From a virus (Duplodnaviria; Caudoviricetes), in IMG/VR virus record IMGVR_UViG_3300032319_001025, positions 64,001 through 128,000 of that record: a DNA stretch of 64,000 nucleotides. One strand, 5' to 3'. A program made the translations under genes and the position numbers. The notes below the pieces were generated by a model, which saw nothing but the letters and a program-made list of their open reading frames with translations, did no database searches and was not told where the DNA came from. Below are positions 48,901 to 57,429 of this stretch, in pieces; positions within the stretch are counted from its first letter, which is position 1; every line of letters begins with the position of its first letter.

Positions 48901-49423
48901 TATAAATCATTGATTGTACTGCGCCAACTAAACAACTAGAACCTAAAGTTATATGGCCAGATATCTTTTGAAGCTCTTCCCATTTCAAAACTGGCTTTCT
49001 TTCTCCAAATTTAACTACAGCTCTTTCTTCCATTAATGGAGTTAATTGACAAAAATATCTGTACGCTACTACGTCTTTAAAATGAATAGTTAAATGTACG
49101 TAATGATTTTTTAATTTAGATTCTACTTTTTGACGTTTTTTTTCTAGATTTTTTTCATCTATAGTTTTTTCATAGTATTCTCTATAAAAATCTAAAAATG
49201 GAGTTTCTACGTATGCTTCAATTCCAAGAATTGGCTTTACATTTAATTTTTTGCAGAGGTAAAAAAGTTCCATTGCTGAATTCATGTTTCCATGTTCAGT
49301 TAGGGTTACATGTGTAGCTCCAAGCTCAATATTTCTTTTGATTATTTGTTGTACAGTAGCAGCCCCGTCCAGGCTATAATGAGAATGGGAATGTGGAGAA
49401 ATTAATTGTTTGAATTTAGCCAT
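45974..49423 (-). CDS. dnaE: DNA polymerase III alpha subunit (family C)
   Basis: PHP 'HSHSHYSLDG', 'RGSAGGSL', 'PDVDID', 'HACGVVI', 'KYDLLGL', 'FQEQ', 'YSFNKSHA'. Confidence 0.95.
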   Translation of the reverse strand: MAKFKQLISPHSHSHYSLDGAATVQQIIKRNIELGATHVTLTEHGNMNSAMELFYLCKKLNVKPILGIEAYVETPFLDFYREYYEKTIDEKNLEKKRQKVESKLKNHYVHLTIHFKDVVAYRYFCQLTPLMEERAVVKFGERKPVLKWEELQKISGHITLGSSCLVGAVQSMIYTKFNTSEPKLAEKAYCMLRELAGPNNFFVEVFPHQITHNWKSPKKSPEGKIITPGEFVPIGCNNIAIDGDIQKVANKFVLEMAKKYGDKAIISLDSHFAWKEQKLTQDARLGNGQELWKFHQSYHIISTDEAAEELKHTLNLSDKDIEELVDNSYDFASNFNEFNIETNSDRWVLPEINTDWLKELKVKIDRHGRMDWSNKEMLDRLKMEIDILAKNGKMNLLSYFFTVEDMANFCKENNILINVRGSAGGSLLLYLLGVSAVNPLKHNLSFERFLTLGRIKANTLPDVDIDISATGRDRVIEYLQSKYKDGFCRISTDSLLKLKSSIKDAERAILGTVTNETEKLCKSLPSEPQGVDSKEFVKGFTDSNGNYHQGLIEQNQELKKYAKNNPKIWQSVTEMLGIIRQKSSHACGVVIANEPIQNYCPVIKINDVVLTGFSPKSVELAGLVKYDLLGLNTLVDIQGCLESIKERLNIKIDPWNLPHCEKSFGSFQIGRTETVFQFDTETVKPFLISIKPKSIEDLASITSLARPGTLDAPFGDGRTLAEVYVARKNGESITYIHKDLEPILKDTVGINLFQEQTIQIFRELAGFTAEQAEDVRRAIGKKDEKLLSVATKRLKDSCLDRGWSEDQVKLLIEQIMASSRYSFNKSHAISYAYVAYACMYLKTNYPLDWWKSVLSNSSKDELAHKFWPYISDSIRMPDINNSGGDYKIVGDKLVAPFSIINGVGEKAFNQLIANSPYSNLEDYVIKNHSKEKGIRSAVNSGISRKLIITGVLDSILPDPNIDIENKLYEFEKLKAEIRKESIKSVPEELIGVTSLGKFLMKKELISIYSEDVRPLIMSNRYGIKKGFSWYTENGVQVLSGQELEAAKEAQKNGKIYKNIVYAGIGYVVKERCFTYKNKTKQATELIIDFNGVFTKEVLWPPYDSEVSEAPHGFQDKLVIAYYFANNKRFQLDKVISLTSEKEEDRYKTA

Positions 49424-49461
49424 TTGTTTACCTGCGATAATATTACCACAGATTTACAAAT

Positions 49462-49695
49462 TTACATATTATTTTTAACTTTTCTTAAAGAGGATTCTAG
49501 GATTTGCTTGTAAGCTTCGGGAGTTAAATTCAAAACCCTACATATGAATTTTACTGGAGCGCCTTCAGGATATTTTTCTAATGCCATATTAAGACTATTG
49601 AGCAATTTTTTATTGCAAATAAAATCGACATCTTCTGAAAGACGTGCTTTATCGTTTTCTGAAACGTATGACATTTGTAAAATTTTTTCTAGCAT
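49462..49695 (-). CDS. stand-alone sigma-70 region 4.2-like HTH protein
   Basis: 'ICRVLNLTPEAYKQILESSLRKVK' vs RpoD '[24 protein letters not shown]'. Confidence 0.6.
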   Translation of the reverse strand: MLEKILQMSYVSENDKARLSEDVDFICNKKLLNSLNMALEKYPEGAPVKFICRVLNLTPEAYKQILESSLRKVKNNM

Positions 49696-50080
49696 CTATC
49701 TTCTTCTGTATTTCGTTAATCTTTTTCTGTACTTGTTCTAGTAATAATATATCACAATTTATAGATTTTCTTTTTTCATCTATAAATTTAATGAAAAATT
49801 TTTTACTTGAAACTATCGTTTTGAATTCCCTAATAGACACTATTGTTGATTTGTTGCTTTTTAAATTATTGATAACATTAGATAAATTTACTAAATCTCT
49901 TTCGGCATTTTTAAGATCAATCTCTTCGCGTGCTATGCGAGTTTTGATTGTTCTAAATTTACAAAAAGTTTCCTCAAAACTAATATAGAGCTTAATTAAT
50001 TCGGCATCGTCTGTATCTGGTATCCAAATTTTTTTTGACATTTTATTTCTCATTGCCGTCAATTCTTTTTCTATAGTCAC
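49649..50080 (-). CDS. coiled-coil hypothetical protein
   Basis: Heptad-rich ORF in operon. Confidence 0.6.
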   Translation of the reverse strand: MTIEKELTAMRNKMSKKIWIPDTDDAELIKLYISFEETFCKFRTIKTRIAREEIDLKNAERDLVNLSNVINNLKSNKSTIVSIREFKTIVSSKKFFIKFIDEKRKSINCDILLLEQVQKKINEIQKKIDARKNFTNVIRFRKR

Positions 50081-50405
50081 ATTCTTTACAGAAAGAATAA
50101 GTTTTATTTAATAAAATCAATATTTCTACGTTAAAAGCTTTACACTTTTCACATTGTAACATATTAGCTTGCGGCTTTTCATTAAAAAGCTCTTCTTCTA
50201 ACGCTCTTCTGTTTTTACGTACCTGTTTTTTTTCCTTATGTTTTTTAACAAAATTTTCATTTTGTAAACAATACTCTTCGTATTTTCTTAAACGGGAAAC
50301 TTCTTTTTTAAGCTCTCTTACTATTTTCTGCAAGCTACGTATTTCGCCGTGAAAATCTTCTTTTTCTTCTTTAAATGACCGATATCGCTTATCTTTTTTA
50401 AACAA
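50043..50405 (-). CDS. coiled-coil + C-terminal zinc ribbon protein
   Basis: CEKC...CKEC. Confidence 0.6.
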   Translation of the reverse strand: MFKKDKRYRSFKEEKEDFHGEIRSLQKIVRELKKEVSRLRKYEEYCLQNENFVKKHKEKKQVRKNRRALEEELFNEKPQANMLQCEKCKAFNVEILILLNKTYSFCKECDYRKRIDGNEK

Positions 50406-50550
50406 AGCAGAATCCTTTTATAAAATACATATAAAAGATTAAGATAACGACATAATAAATAATAATATAATGATTACAATTATTTATATTGTTTTTTGAT
50501 GTGTGTTATAGGAAATTTGTGGTAGTAATGAGATAATTTTATAAAAGTTC

Positions 50551-52155
50551 TTACTTTATTCTCCAATGGCCTCTAATTGAGTTTATTAGCTGTCTAGAGC
50601 CATTCTTATAAACTAGGCAGGAGGTATGTAGCCATGATGAAGGTCCTTGGTTGTAATCAAGCTTTAAATGACTAGAAGTGCCTACTTGCCAAGCACCGCG
50701 CAAAATCATTGGGGTATGGGCGTGGCCGCTTACAGAATTACCATAAGCGTTTTCCATGGCTTTTAAAGAACCCCTGGAACCGTTAGCACCTTTATCACCG
50801 TGACATCCAAGTTCAATACCAGAAATTTTATAATCCTGGTCTCTTTTTAACCAAAGAACTTTTTCTGGATTTTTAATTTTTACAATTTTTTCCATTGCAT
50901 ATTGTAAAGGATTTTTACCTTCTAGCATAGCAGCGGCCAATAAACACCCTAAATAGTGATTTTGTGGATCTTCAATATACTTACCTTTTTGTAGGTAATG
51001 TTTTGATAAAAAGTCATGATGATTGCTATCTACAATAATCACTTTTCTTGCTTTATCGCTCCATTTATCAATAAACTTTCCAACAGCTTTTAGTTCATCT
51101 AAAAGACTTAATTTGTTTTCCATGGCCAATCTAGCTCTGTTTATTTTATTATGTTCTTCATGGTGATTAATCGATACGCCAGAAAACATATCATGAAGAA
51201 TAACATCTTTGCATCCAGTATAATCAAAAACTTCTTCCCAAGCTTTTTCAGCAGATTCGTCAGTTTCAGTAACGTGAGAATCTCCCAAAACAAAAGCTTC
51301 TGGACTTAATTTAGTTACATTTTTTTCCGAATAAGAAAGCCCTAAATCAACAAACTCACCTTTTGAATTGGACTGAATTTGTCTGTAATGATAAATATCG
51401 TCATTTTCGATTTCTACAATTACTGCCCCCATTACATGATCGTGGTGCGCAATATAAGATGTTCTAGCATTCATGTATTTTCTAGGCAGATATTCTGATT
51501 TAGTAATAGCTCCAGTAGTCATTAAAACATGTGGCATTTTTTCATTAGATGTTGGTGCGGTCAATAATCTTTGTTTTGGCGACGCATAAACAAAACTTCC
51601 TGATCTTTGTCCTATCCTTGCAAGGCTTGTAACTGGATCAATTTGTTTTGCAGTTAGCTTGATTGTACTAATAAAAAAGTTAGAATTTAAAGCGATATCA
51701 GCAAATACTATATGTTCATTTTTAATGATTGGATCTATAGCAACATTAATTCTTGAGCCAGGATCACTAGAAAGCAATATCAGAAGCTTAGCTTTATTTA
51801 CTTTGCAATAATTTTTAATAGACTTGTAAAAATTTTTATCAACAGAGCAACCTGTTACTGCTGTAGTAATAACAAATTTTTTATGAGTTTGGATGTCTTT
51901 TTTAATTGCAGTAAGTTTTTCATTTTTAAAAAAATCTGCATCAAGAACAGATGTTAAAAATTTAGAATAGTCTTTTGCTACCAACTCTTTTAGAGAGGAG
52001 AAATTGCCAAAATAACATTTAATCCTATCTCTACTAATGCCAGCTTTAATTAAATCTGCACGTGATGGATGGAACCCGAGCTTATTAGCTAGTTTGATAT
52101 AAGTATTAATTATGCGTGTAGCCTGAGAAGAAGAACTTTTATTAGTTTTGCTCAT
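50551..52155 (-). CDS. calcineurin-like metallophosphoesterase with N-terminal DNA-binding-like repeat
   Basis: GDSH, HDMFSG, SNHH, HGD, GHAH motifs; N-terminal 'LGFHPSR.....GISR..I..YFGNF'. Confidence 0.7.
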   Translation of the reverse strand: MSKTNKSSSSQATRIINTYIKLANKLGFHPSRADLIKAGISRDRIKCYFGNFSSLKELVAKDYSKFLTSVLDADFFKNEKLTAIKKDIQTHKKFVITTAVTGCSVDKNFYKSIKNYCKVNKAKLLILLSSDPGSRINVAIDPIIKNEHIVFADIALNSNFFISTIKLTAKQIDPVTSLARIGQRSGSFVYASPKQRLLTAPTSNEKMPHVLMTTGAITKSEYLPRKYMNARTSYIAHHDHVMGAVIVEIENDDIYHYRQIQSNSKGEFVDLGLSYSEKNVTKLSPEAFVLGDSHVTETDESAEKAWEEVFDYTGCKDVILHDMFSGVSINHHEEHNKINRARLAMENKLSLLDELKAVGKFIDKWSDKARKVIIVDSNHHDFLSKHYLQKGKYIEDPQNHYLGCLLAAAMLEGKNPLQYAMEKIVKIKNPEKVLWLKRDQDYKISGIELGCHGDKGANGSRGSLKAMENAYGNSVSGHAHTPMILRGAWQVGTSSHLKLDYNQGPSSWLHTSCLVYKNGSRQLINSIRGHWRIK

Positions 52156-52188
52156 AGTTCCACCCTTTTTTAAACACTTAACTTTAAA

Positions 52189-52827
52189 TTATTTCGATTC
52201 CGAACTATTTTTAAAGTTATATACATTAAGTACAGTAAAGCTACTTGTTTCTTTCTTTCCGTCTTTTAATTCTACTTCATTAGTAAAAGTATCTCCAGCC
52301 TTTAGCCCTAAAAGCTTTGGTCTCAAAGCGTCCTCTTTAGGTACTTCGGAAATCTGTACTGGTCTATAGTTAGATACAGTTACAGTTCCTTGAGCTGTAG
52401 AAACTTCGTGTTTTAAAATTAAAACGGACTCTTCGCTGGATTCTGTAGTATCCACCAATAGTCCAGATGACTTCAAGGATTCCATTTTTTCTTTTTCATT
52501 GGCTTCATCTATAGCTCTAAGCTCGGCCATAATTTCATTGTCTTCAATTAGTTTATGCTTAACTAAAACTTTAGTAAAAGCTGTTAGTAACTTGCCAAGA
52601 CTGATTACTGTTTGCTCTAGGGCCAGGTTTTGATCTACAATAGCTTTTAAAGCAGACTGAGCATTAGTAGCAAGGTTTGAAACTTTTTGATCTGTTGTAT
52701 CAACCTTTGTAGTAAGCTCTTGAACGTTTGATTGTAATGAAGAGGTTTTGCCTTCAAGTACAGTATTTTTAGCTTTAACTTCAAATACCGATTCTTCTAA
52801 CTTTACTAATGTATCTGTTTGACTCAT
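52189..52827 (-). CDS. coiled-coil protein with FKBP/Gre-type C-terminal domain
   Basis: Long heptads then 'LLGLKAGDTF..EV.......FTVLNVY'. Confidence 0.55.
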   Translation of the reverse strand: MSQTDTLVKLEESVFEVKAKNTVLEGKTSSLQSNVQELTTKVDTTDQKVSNLATNAQSALKAIVDQNLALEQTVISLGKLLTAFTKVLVKHKLIEDNEIMAELRAIDEANEKEKMESLKSSGLLVDTTESSEESVLILKHEVSTAQGTVTVSNYRPVQISEVPKEDALRPKLLGLKAGDTFTNEVELKDGKKETSSFTVLNVYNFKNSSESK

Positions 52828-52836
52828 TTTTTACTC

Positions 52837-53565
52837 CTAATCTTCTCTTACGTTTCTATTTTTTTGCTGAGCTAAACTGATAGCAGCAGCTAATATTTGA
52901 CTTTCTTGTGATTGACCGCCAGAAAAATTTGCGAAGGATTTTGCAGCTTGGGTCTGCATAAGCTGATTCATAACATCCTGTGTAGGCTGTGGTATTCTAT
53001 CTGGGTTGTTTATTTGTGCATAGTTTTGCCCAGTAGCTTTAGAAACATTCGAACTTTTTTGTAATTCTAATTCAGTTTTCGATTTAGGTTTTCTTGCTTC
53101 TTGAGGTCTTTGGTCATTTTTGATTTGATTTCTTTTTCTGACCATTTTTTTAATAGGCTGGCTTGATTGCTGATTTGTGTTAGAAGTAATTTTTTTAGCT
53201 ACCATTTTAAGAGCAATCATTTCATCTGGTGTAAGCCCTAAAGAAGATTTATTATTTTTTTGATGTTGAGCTTGTGGCTTTTGTATTACAGCAGGTTCAC
53301 TACTTGACCTAATTCCTAGAAGTTCTTCTAGCTTGGAAACTATAAAATTTTTAATTTCTTTTTCAACTTCTTTTTTAATTGATTCTTCTACATTATCTTC
53401 ATCAAAAAAAGATGCTGTAAGCAAAGATTCAAAAAGCTTTGCTTTTGATATTCTTTTAAAAGCTTCATTTTTTAAATACTCATGTGAAGAATCGGAAGAC
53501 TCGTCTTCTTCCATTAATTCTTCTTCTGTATTTAATTCGTATTCGTCATCAAAAATATTTGACAT
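52837..53565 (-). CDS. hypothetical protein (acidic N-terminus, Gln-rich)
   Basis: 242 aa. Confidence 0.65.
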   Translation of the reverse strand: MSNIFDDEYELNTEEELMEEDESSDSSHEYLKNEAFKRISKAKLFESLLTASFFDEDNVEESIKKEVEKEIKNFIVSKLEELLGIRSSSEPAVIQKPQAQHQKNNKSSLGLTPDEMIALKMVAKKITSNTNQQSSQPIKKMVRKRNQIKNDQRPQEARKPKSKTELELQKSSNVSKATGQNYAQINNPDRIPQPTQDVMNQLMQTQAAKSFANFSGGQSQESQILAAAISLAQQKNRNVRED

Positions 53566-53589
53566 AATGTTACCTATTGATGGATATTA

Positions 53590-54186
53590 TTACAAATTAA
53601 ATGCGTCTTGTAAAGACAATTCCGAGTTGTTGTTTTTTTGCAAATTATTTAAAGTACATAAGCCATAATATGCTAAGGCTATCGCATCCGCTTCGTTATT
53701 ATCCTTGAGTATAAGCTCTTTTTTGAAAGTTTCGTTTACCCAATTGACAACTAAGTGCTTAGTCGTTATTTTCCCTCTTTTTTTCTTATTTCTTACATCT
53801 TTGTTGTGTATTTTTTGTTCTTTGTTTAGCCTTATTTTAAGTAAGCTTCTCCAAGCGGAAGTGTCTACGTAATTTACTTTTTCTGAATAATTTTTATCCA
53901 GTATTCTTTTTAATATTCCATAATGAAGGAACTCGAGTTCTTTTTGGGAATGCCTGTTAATTCCTCTATTTGTCTGCTCTATGTAAATTTCATTTACATT
54001 GTAATCTTCAATTAATTTTACTACAAAGTTAGCAAGAATTATTGATTCTTCTATATAGTTGTATTCATTAACAATATTGGTATGTTTCTTGCAATCAACA
54101 TTAAAAGTTCCAGATGACAGGATATTGCCATCTTTCATAATGGCAAATCCCGTGTGTTTACTTACATCTAGACCTAATACTATCAA
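53590..54186 (-). CDS. ruvC: RuvC-like Holliday junction resolvase
   Basis: 'VLGLDVSKHTGFA', 'IYIEQ', 'SAWRS', 'NEADAIALA'. Confidence 0.8.
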   Translation of the reverse strand: MIVLGLDVSKHTGFAIMKDGNILSSGTFNVDCKKHTNIVNEYNYIEESIILANFVVKLIEDYNVNEIYIEQTNRGINRHSQKELEFLHYGILKRILDKNYSEKVNYVDTSAWRSLLKIRLNKEQKIHNKDVRNKKKRGKITTKHLVVNWVNETFKKELILKDNNEADAIALAYYGLCTLNNLQKNNNSELSLQDAFNL

Positions 54187-54476
54187 GCAAGTTTCCCTCT
54201 ATTTTTAAGAACATCTAGAATCAATTGTCTTTTTAGTTTATTAGCTTTCAAAGGCTCGGTGTAAGTCTGATTGCAAACTTTAAGTTGTTCTTTCAAAGAT
54301 TGTAAATCCTGATCTTCGCTTCTGGCTTCTTCAATTTCCATTGAATATTTTGTTAACGTAACAATTTTTTCTTTTAAATCTGAATCTGGCATCGTAAATA
54401 CTTCATCTGCAAATGTTGCGTCCAAATCTTTAACTTTATCCAAAAGATTTTTTTTAGTTCTTCCTTTTTTTGACAT
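54183..54476 (-). CDS. coiled-coil hypothetical protein
   Basis: Start reassigned to MSKKGR after AGGAG. Confidence 0.65.
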   Translation of the reverse strand: MSKKGRTKKNLLDKVKDLDATFADEVFTMPDSDLKEKIVTLTKYSMEIEEARSEDQDLQSLKEQLKVCNQTYTEPLKANKLKRQLILDVLKNRGKLA

Positions 54477-54489
54477 ATTATTCTCCTTT

Positions 54490-56163
54490 TTACACAATAT
54501 AGCTGTTTTTACCGTCAAATTCAACATTAATTAATTTTTCAAAAGATTCTTTCATTTCAGTAGAATGGTCAACTATAAGTATTAAACCATTAATATTCTT
54601 TTTAATTGTTTCCATTGCACATCTTTTTGTTTCTATATCTAAACCATCCATTGCTTCATCTAGTGCTACCCAATTGAATTTGATTCCCGATCTATTTCTT
54701 ATAATTTCGCTTATGGCTAAATCAAAACATAATTCTAATGCACATATTTGTCCGCCAGACAATGTTTTAATTTGTATTTCTTTTTCAAGTTTTTGCAATC
54801 TAATAGTAATGTTATTTTTGATGTTTCCATTTTTGTTTATCTGGGATGAGTCAATAGAAACTGAAAAAGTGGACAAGTTTGGTATTTCTGATATTAAAGA
54901 ATTAACTCTTGTTTCTAGCTCTTGCAGTAACTCATCGAAAATAAAACCTAAAAAACCTTGATTGCTTAATATTTTTAAACAATGTGAATATCTTTCAATT
55001 TCGGATTTAATCTGTTTTTGTTTGCCTTCTTTTAGTTCAATATCTTTAAGTACGGATATATATTTATTTTTCTTTTCTGTCAAAACGCTTAATACGTTTT
55101 TAGCCATATTAAGTTTTTCAATAATTTCTTTGGCTCTGGAAGATTCATTTCCAGTTTTTTGTACAATTTTGTCATACTCTGATTGTAAATCGTTTAAATT
55201 AATAGATAACTTGTCTGATTCTAGTATTGATTGTTCGTTTTCTTCTATTTGTTTTTTTAAGGTAGAAATAAATATTTTTTTACGTTCAATAATATCTTCA
55301 TTTTTTTTCCAAAATTGCAAGCATGTCGGACATTTTTCATCTTGCATGTGTTCTAGTTCATTTTCTATAATTTTAATTTTTGATTTAAAATCAATGTTTT
55401 GCTGTTTTTTGGTATAAGCTTGGTTAATAATTGAACCAATTTTTGATATTTCTAATTTTATTTGATTTAATTTATTAGTATTTTCAATAAGTTCTTTATT
55501 GGCTTTTATAGAATCAATTTCTTGTTTATAGTTAATGTAAGATTGCTCAGCATTTTTGTATTCTTCTTCATCAACCTTCCAGCTATCTAAATTAAATTTT
55601 AAAAACTGCAGTTCTCTATCAAAAGATTCTAAATTTAAATTTTTTGAATCATGTTGGTTTTTGATATTACTATAGGCTGTATCTATATCGGACAGTTGTA
55701 GCATTTCTCTTAATAAGGTTTTTTTCTCACTATCTGGAGATCTTAAAAACGACCCTGGTTCTCTTTGTGGTCTATACGTAAGGATTTTTAAAAAGTCGGA
55801 ATTAACTCCTAATACTTTATCTAATTTTTCTTGAGCGGAAGTTCCAGTAAAAGTTTCTCCAGATACGGTTAATTGCAATTTTGGATTCCTGACTATCTCT
55901 ATGATTTCATTGTTGTTTTTTAATTGTAACTTGACATAAAAAGATTTTGAATTCCAATTTTTTAGCTCTGTTGCTGGCAAATCACAAAAACCTAGTGCGT
56001 AGGCTATCGCCATAAGAATAGAACTTTTACCCGATCCTGAAGATATTTGTTCATTCTTGTATTTTCCAGATATTAATACGGCACCAGATTCTGGAAATTC
56101 AATTTCTGTTTTTTCTTTGAAAGAACGAAATCCTTCAAGTTCTATTTTTGATAGAGAAAACAT
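54490..56163 (-). CDS. sbcC: SbcC/Rad50/gp46-like SMC ATPase
   Basis: 'GFRSF', Walker A GSGKSS, CPTC zinc hook, LSGGQ, LDE, VDH. Confidence 0.9.
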   Translation of the reverse strand: MFSLSKIELEGFRSFKEKTEIEFPESGAVLISGKYKNEQISSGSGKSSILMAIAYALGFCDLPATELKNWNSKSFYVKLQLKNNNEIIEIVRNPKLQLTVSGETFTGTSAQEKLDKVLGVNSDFLKILTYRPQREPGSFLRSPDSEKKTLLREMLQLSDIDTAYSNIKNQHDSKNLNLESFDRELQFLKFNLDSWKVDEEEYKNAEQSYINYKQEIDSIKANKELIENTNKLNQIKLEISKIGSIINQAYTKKQQNIDFKSKIKIIENELEHMQDEKCPTCLQFWKKNEDIIERKKIFISTLKKQIEENEQSILESDKLSINLNDLQSEYDKIVQKTGNESSRAKEIIEKLNMAKNVLSVLTEKKNKYISVLKDIELKEGKQKQIKSEIERYSHCLKILSNQGFLGFIFDELLQELETRVNSLISEIPNLSTFSVSIDSSQINKNGNIKNNITIRLQKLEKEIQIKTLSGGQICALELCFDLAISEIIRNRSGIKFNWVALDEAMDGLDIETKRCAMETIKKNINGLILIVDHSTEMKESFEKLINVEFDGKNSYIV

Positions 56164-57191
56164 TACTTTTTTAGTCTATCACAGAATTCTTCAAAAGTCG
56201 AATTGCTACACCCCGCGGAAAGCCTGAAGTATTCATCTGTCATACCAGCTCCAGCGCCTTTTTTAACCTTAACCCCAAAATTGTCCATCATATGTTTAAA
56301 ACCATCTGAACCATCTTTAGTTTTACACCAAATAAACATTCCATTGTTTTTTTTATTTAAAATATCAAAAGTTAAATCATTTTTTAAACTTATTAATTTA
56401 TCCCATCTTCTTTTTAATTCTTTTGCCCCATATGAAAAACAATCGTTTCCGCTTTTATTTTCTAAAAGCTCGCTTTGAATGCCTAAAATAAGCCTTGCGC
56501 GCTCTTGAGCTTCATTGCTTGTCCCCACGGTTGTATTTTCTACATAATCTTCCATTATAGAAGCTATTTCAGGATCTCTTACTATTCCCCAACCTATTCT
56601 TGTAGCAGCATGTCCAGTGCTCTTAGATAGACTGAAAGCCATAATATCCATGTCATTCAATACTGTATTTTCTAGATATTGTGGCCATTGATATGATAAA
56701 TCGTATATCTTTTGCTTTGTAGAAGATTCCGAAACTCTTAATTCGTTATCTGGGTTGTTTGGTGTAGTAATAAGCTCAATCGGGTTTAAGCTTTTGTCGC
56801 TATCGTCATCTACTAATTTTAGTTTAGAAATTCTTACAAAATCTGGAAACCTGAAATAATATGGTTTTTTAACAATAACTGAATCATTACCGTATTTTTT
56901 ATAGTATGCGTACATTGCAGCCAATAAAATATGAGTAACTCCGTTACCAACTATTATATGTTTTTCTTCTGCATTAGCGTTACCAGCAGCTTTATGTATT
57001 CTTCTGATAGTTTCTTTCATTTCTTCGGTAGTATTAAAAATATAATCCATTCCGAAGTTTGGAGGAAAGCTTAATTTAGAATATTCAATTCCGTGGGGGG
57101 TCATAGATAGATCTAAGTTTTTCCAATAATCTTCTAAAAACTTAGGAGATCCTTTGGCTAAATCTAAAATTGTTTTATTCGTCTGGTTCAT
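56163..57191 (-). CDS. PLP-dependent fold-type-I enzyme, alliinase/TAA1 (tryptophan aminotransferase-related) family
   Basis: 'G.P..LE.YW', 'IHKAAGNA', 'IIVGNG.T', 'IELITTPNNPD', 'YDLSYQWPQY', 'SKSTGHAATRIGW' (PLP Lys), C-terminal 'FRLS'. Confidence 0.8.
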   Translation of the reverse strand: MNQTNKTILDLAKGSPKFLEDYWKNLDLSMTPHGIEYSKLSFPPNFGMDYIFNTTEEMKETIRRIHKAAGNANAEEKHIIVGNGVTHILLAAMYAYYKKYGNDSVIVKKPYYFRFPDFVRISKLKLVDDDSDKSLNPIELITTPNNPDNELRVSESSTKQKIYDLSYQWPQYLENTVLNDMDIMAFSLSKSTGHAATRIGWGIVRDPEIASIMEDYVENTTVGTSNEAQERARLILGIQSELLENKSGNDCFSYGAKELKRRWDKLISLKNDLTFDILNKKNNGMFIWCKTKDGSDGFKHMMDNFGVKVKKGAGAGMTDEYFRLSAGCSNSTFEEFCDRLKK

Positions 57192-57429
57192 TTGTGTCTG
57201 CTCTGCTTTTGTCGTTTCTTTCGCCCATCAATTCTTCAACATTATGTATTCTTTCAACGGCCCTACTCATTGCGCCGTTATCTAATCTTTCATAAACAAC
57301 TGTAGTACCAACTTTAGGTACAAACAAAGAAGGTTCATTACATTTTTTACATGGCATAGTTTTTTCTCTTTTAGGCAATGATGCCTTAAAAGTGCCATGA
57401 GTATTACATTTATAAGTAAACCAGCCCAT
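57175..57429 (-). CDS. FmdB-like zinc-ribbon protein
   Basis: 'FTYKCNTHGTF...PCKKC'. Confidence 0.6.
   Translation of the reverse strand: MGWFTYKCNTHGTFKASLPKREKTMPCKKCNEPSLFVPKVGTTVVYERLDNGAMSRAVERIHNVEELMGERNDKSRADTNEPDE

Noticed and set aside
31488-49423. Inteins or introns in dnaB, recA, dnaE
   Set aside because: Lengths are normal, motifs contiguous, and no intein boundary motifs were seen
31226-56478. Plus-strand ORFs opposite replication genes (e.g. 38522-38878, 54962-55417)
   Set aside because: Phe/Ser/Leu-rich mirrors of Lys/Glu-rich genes
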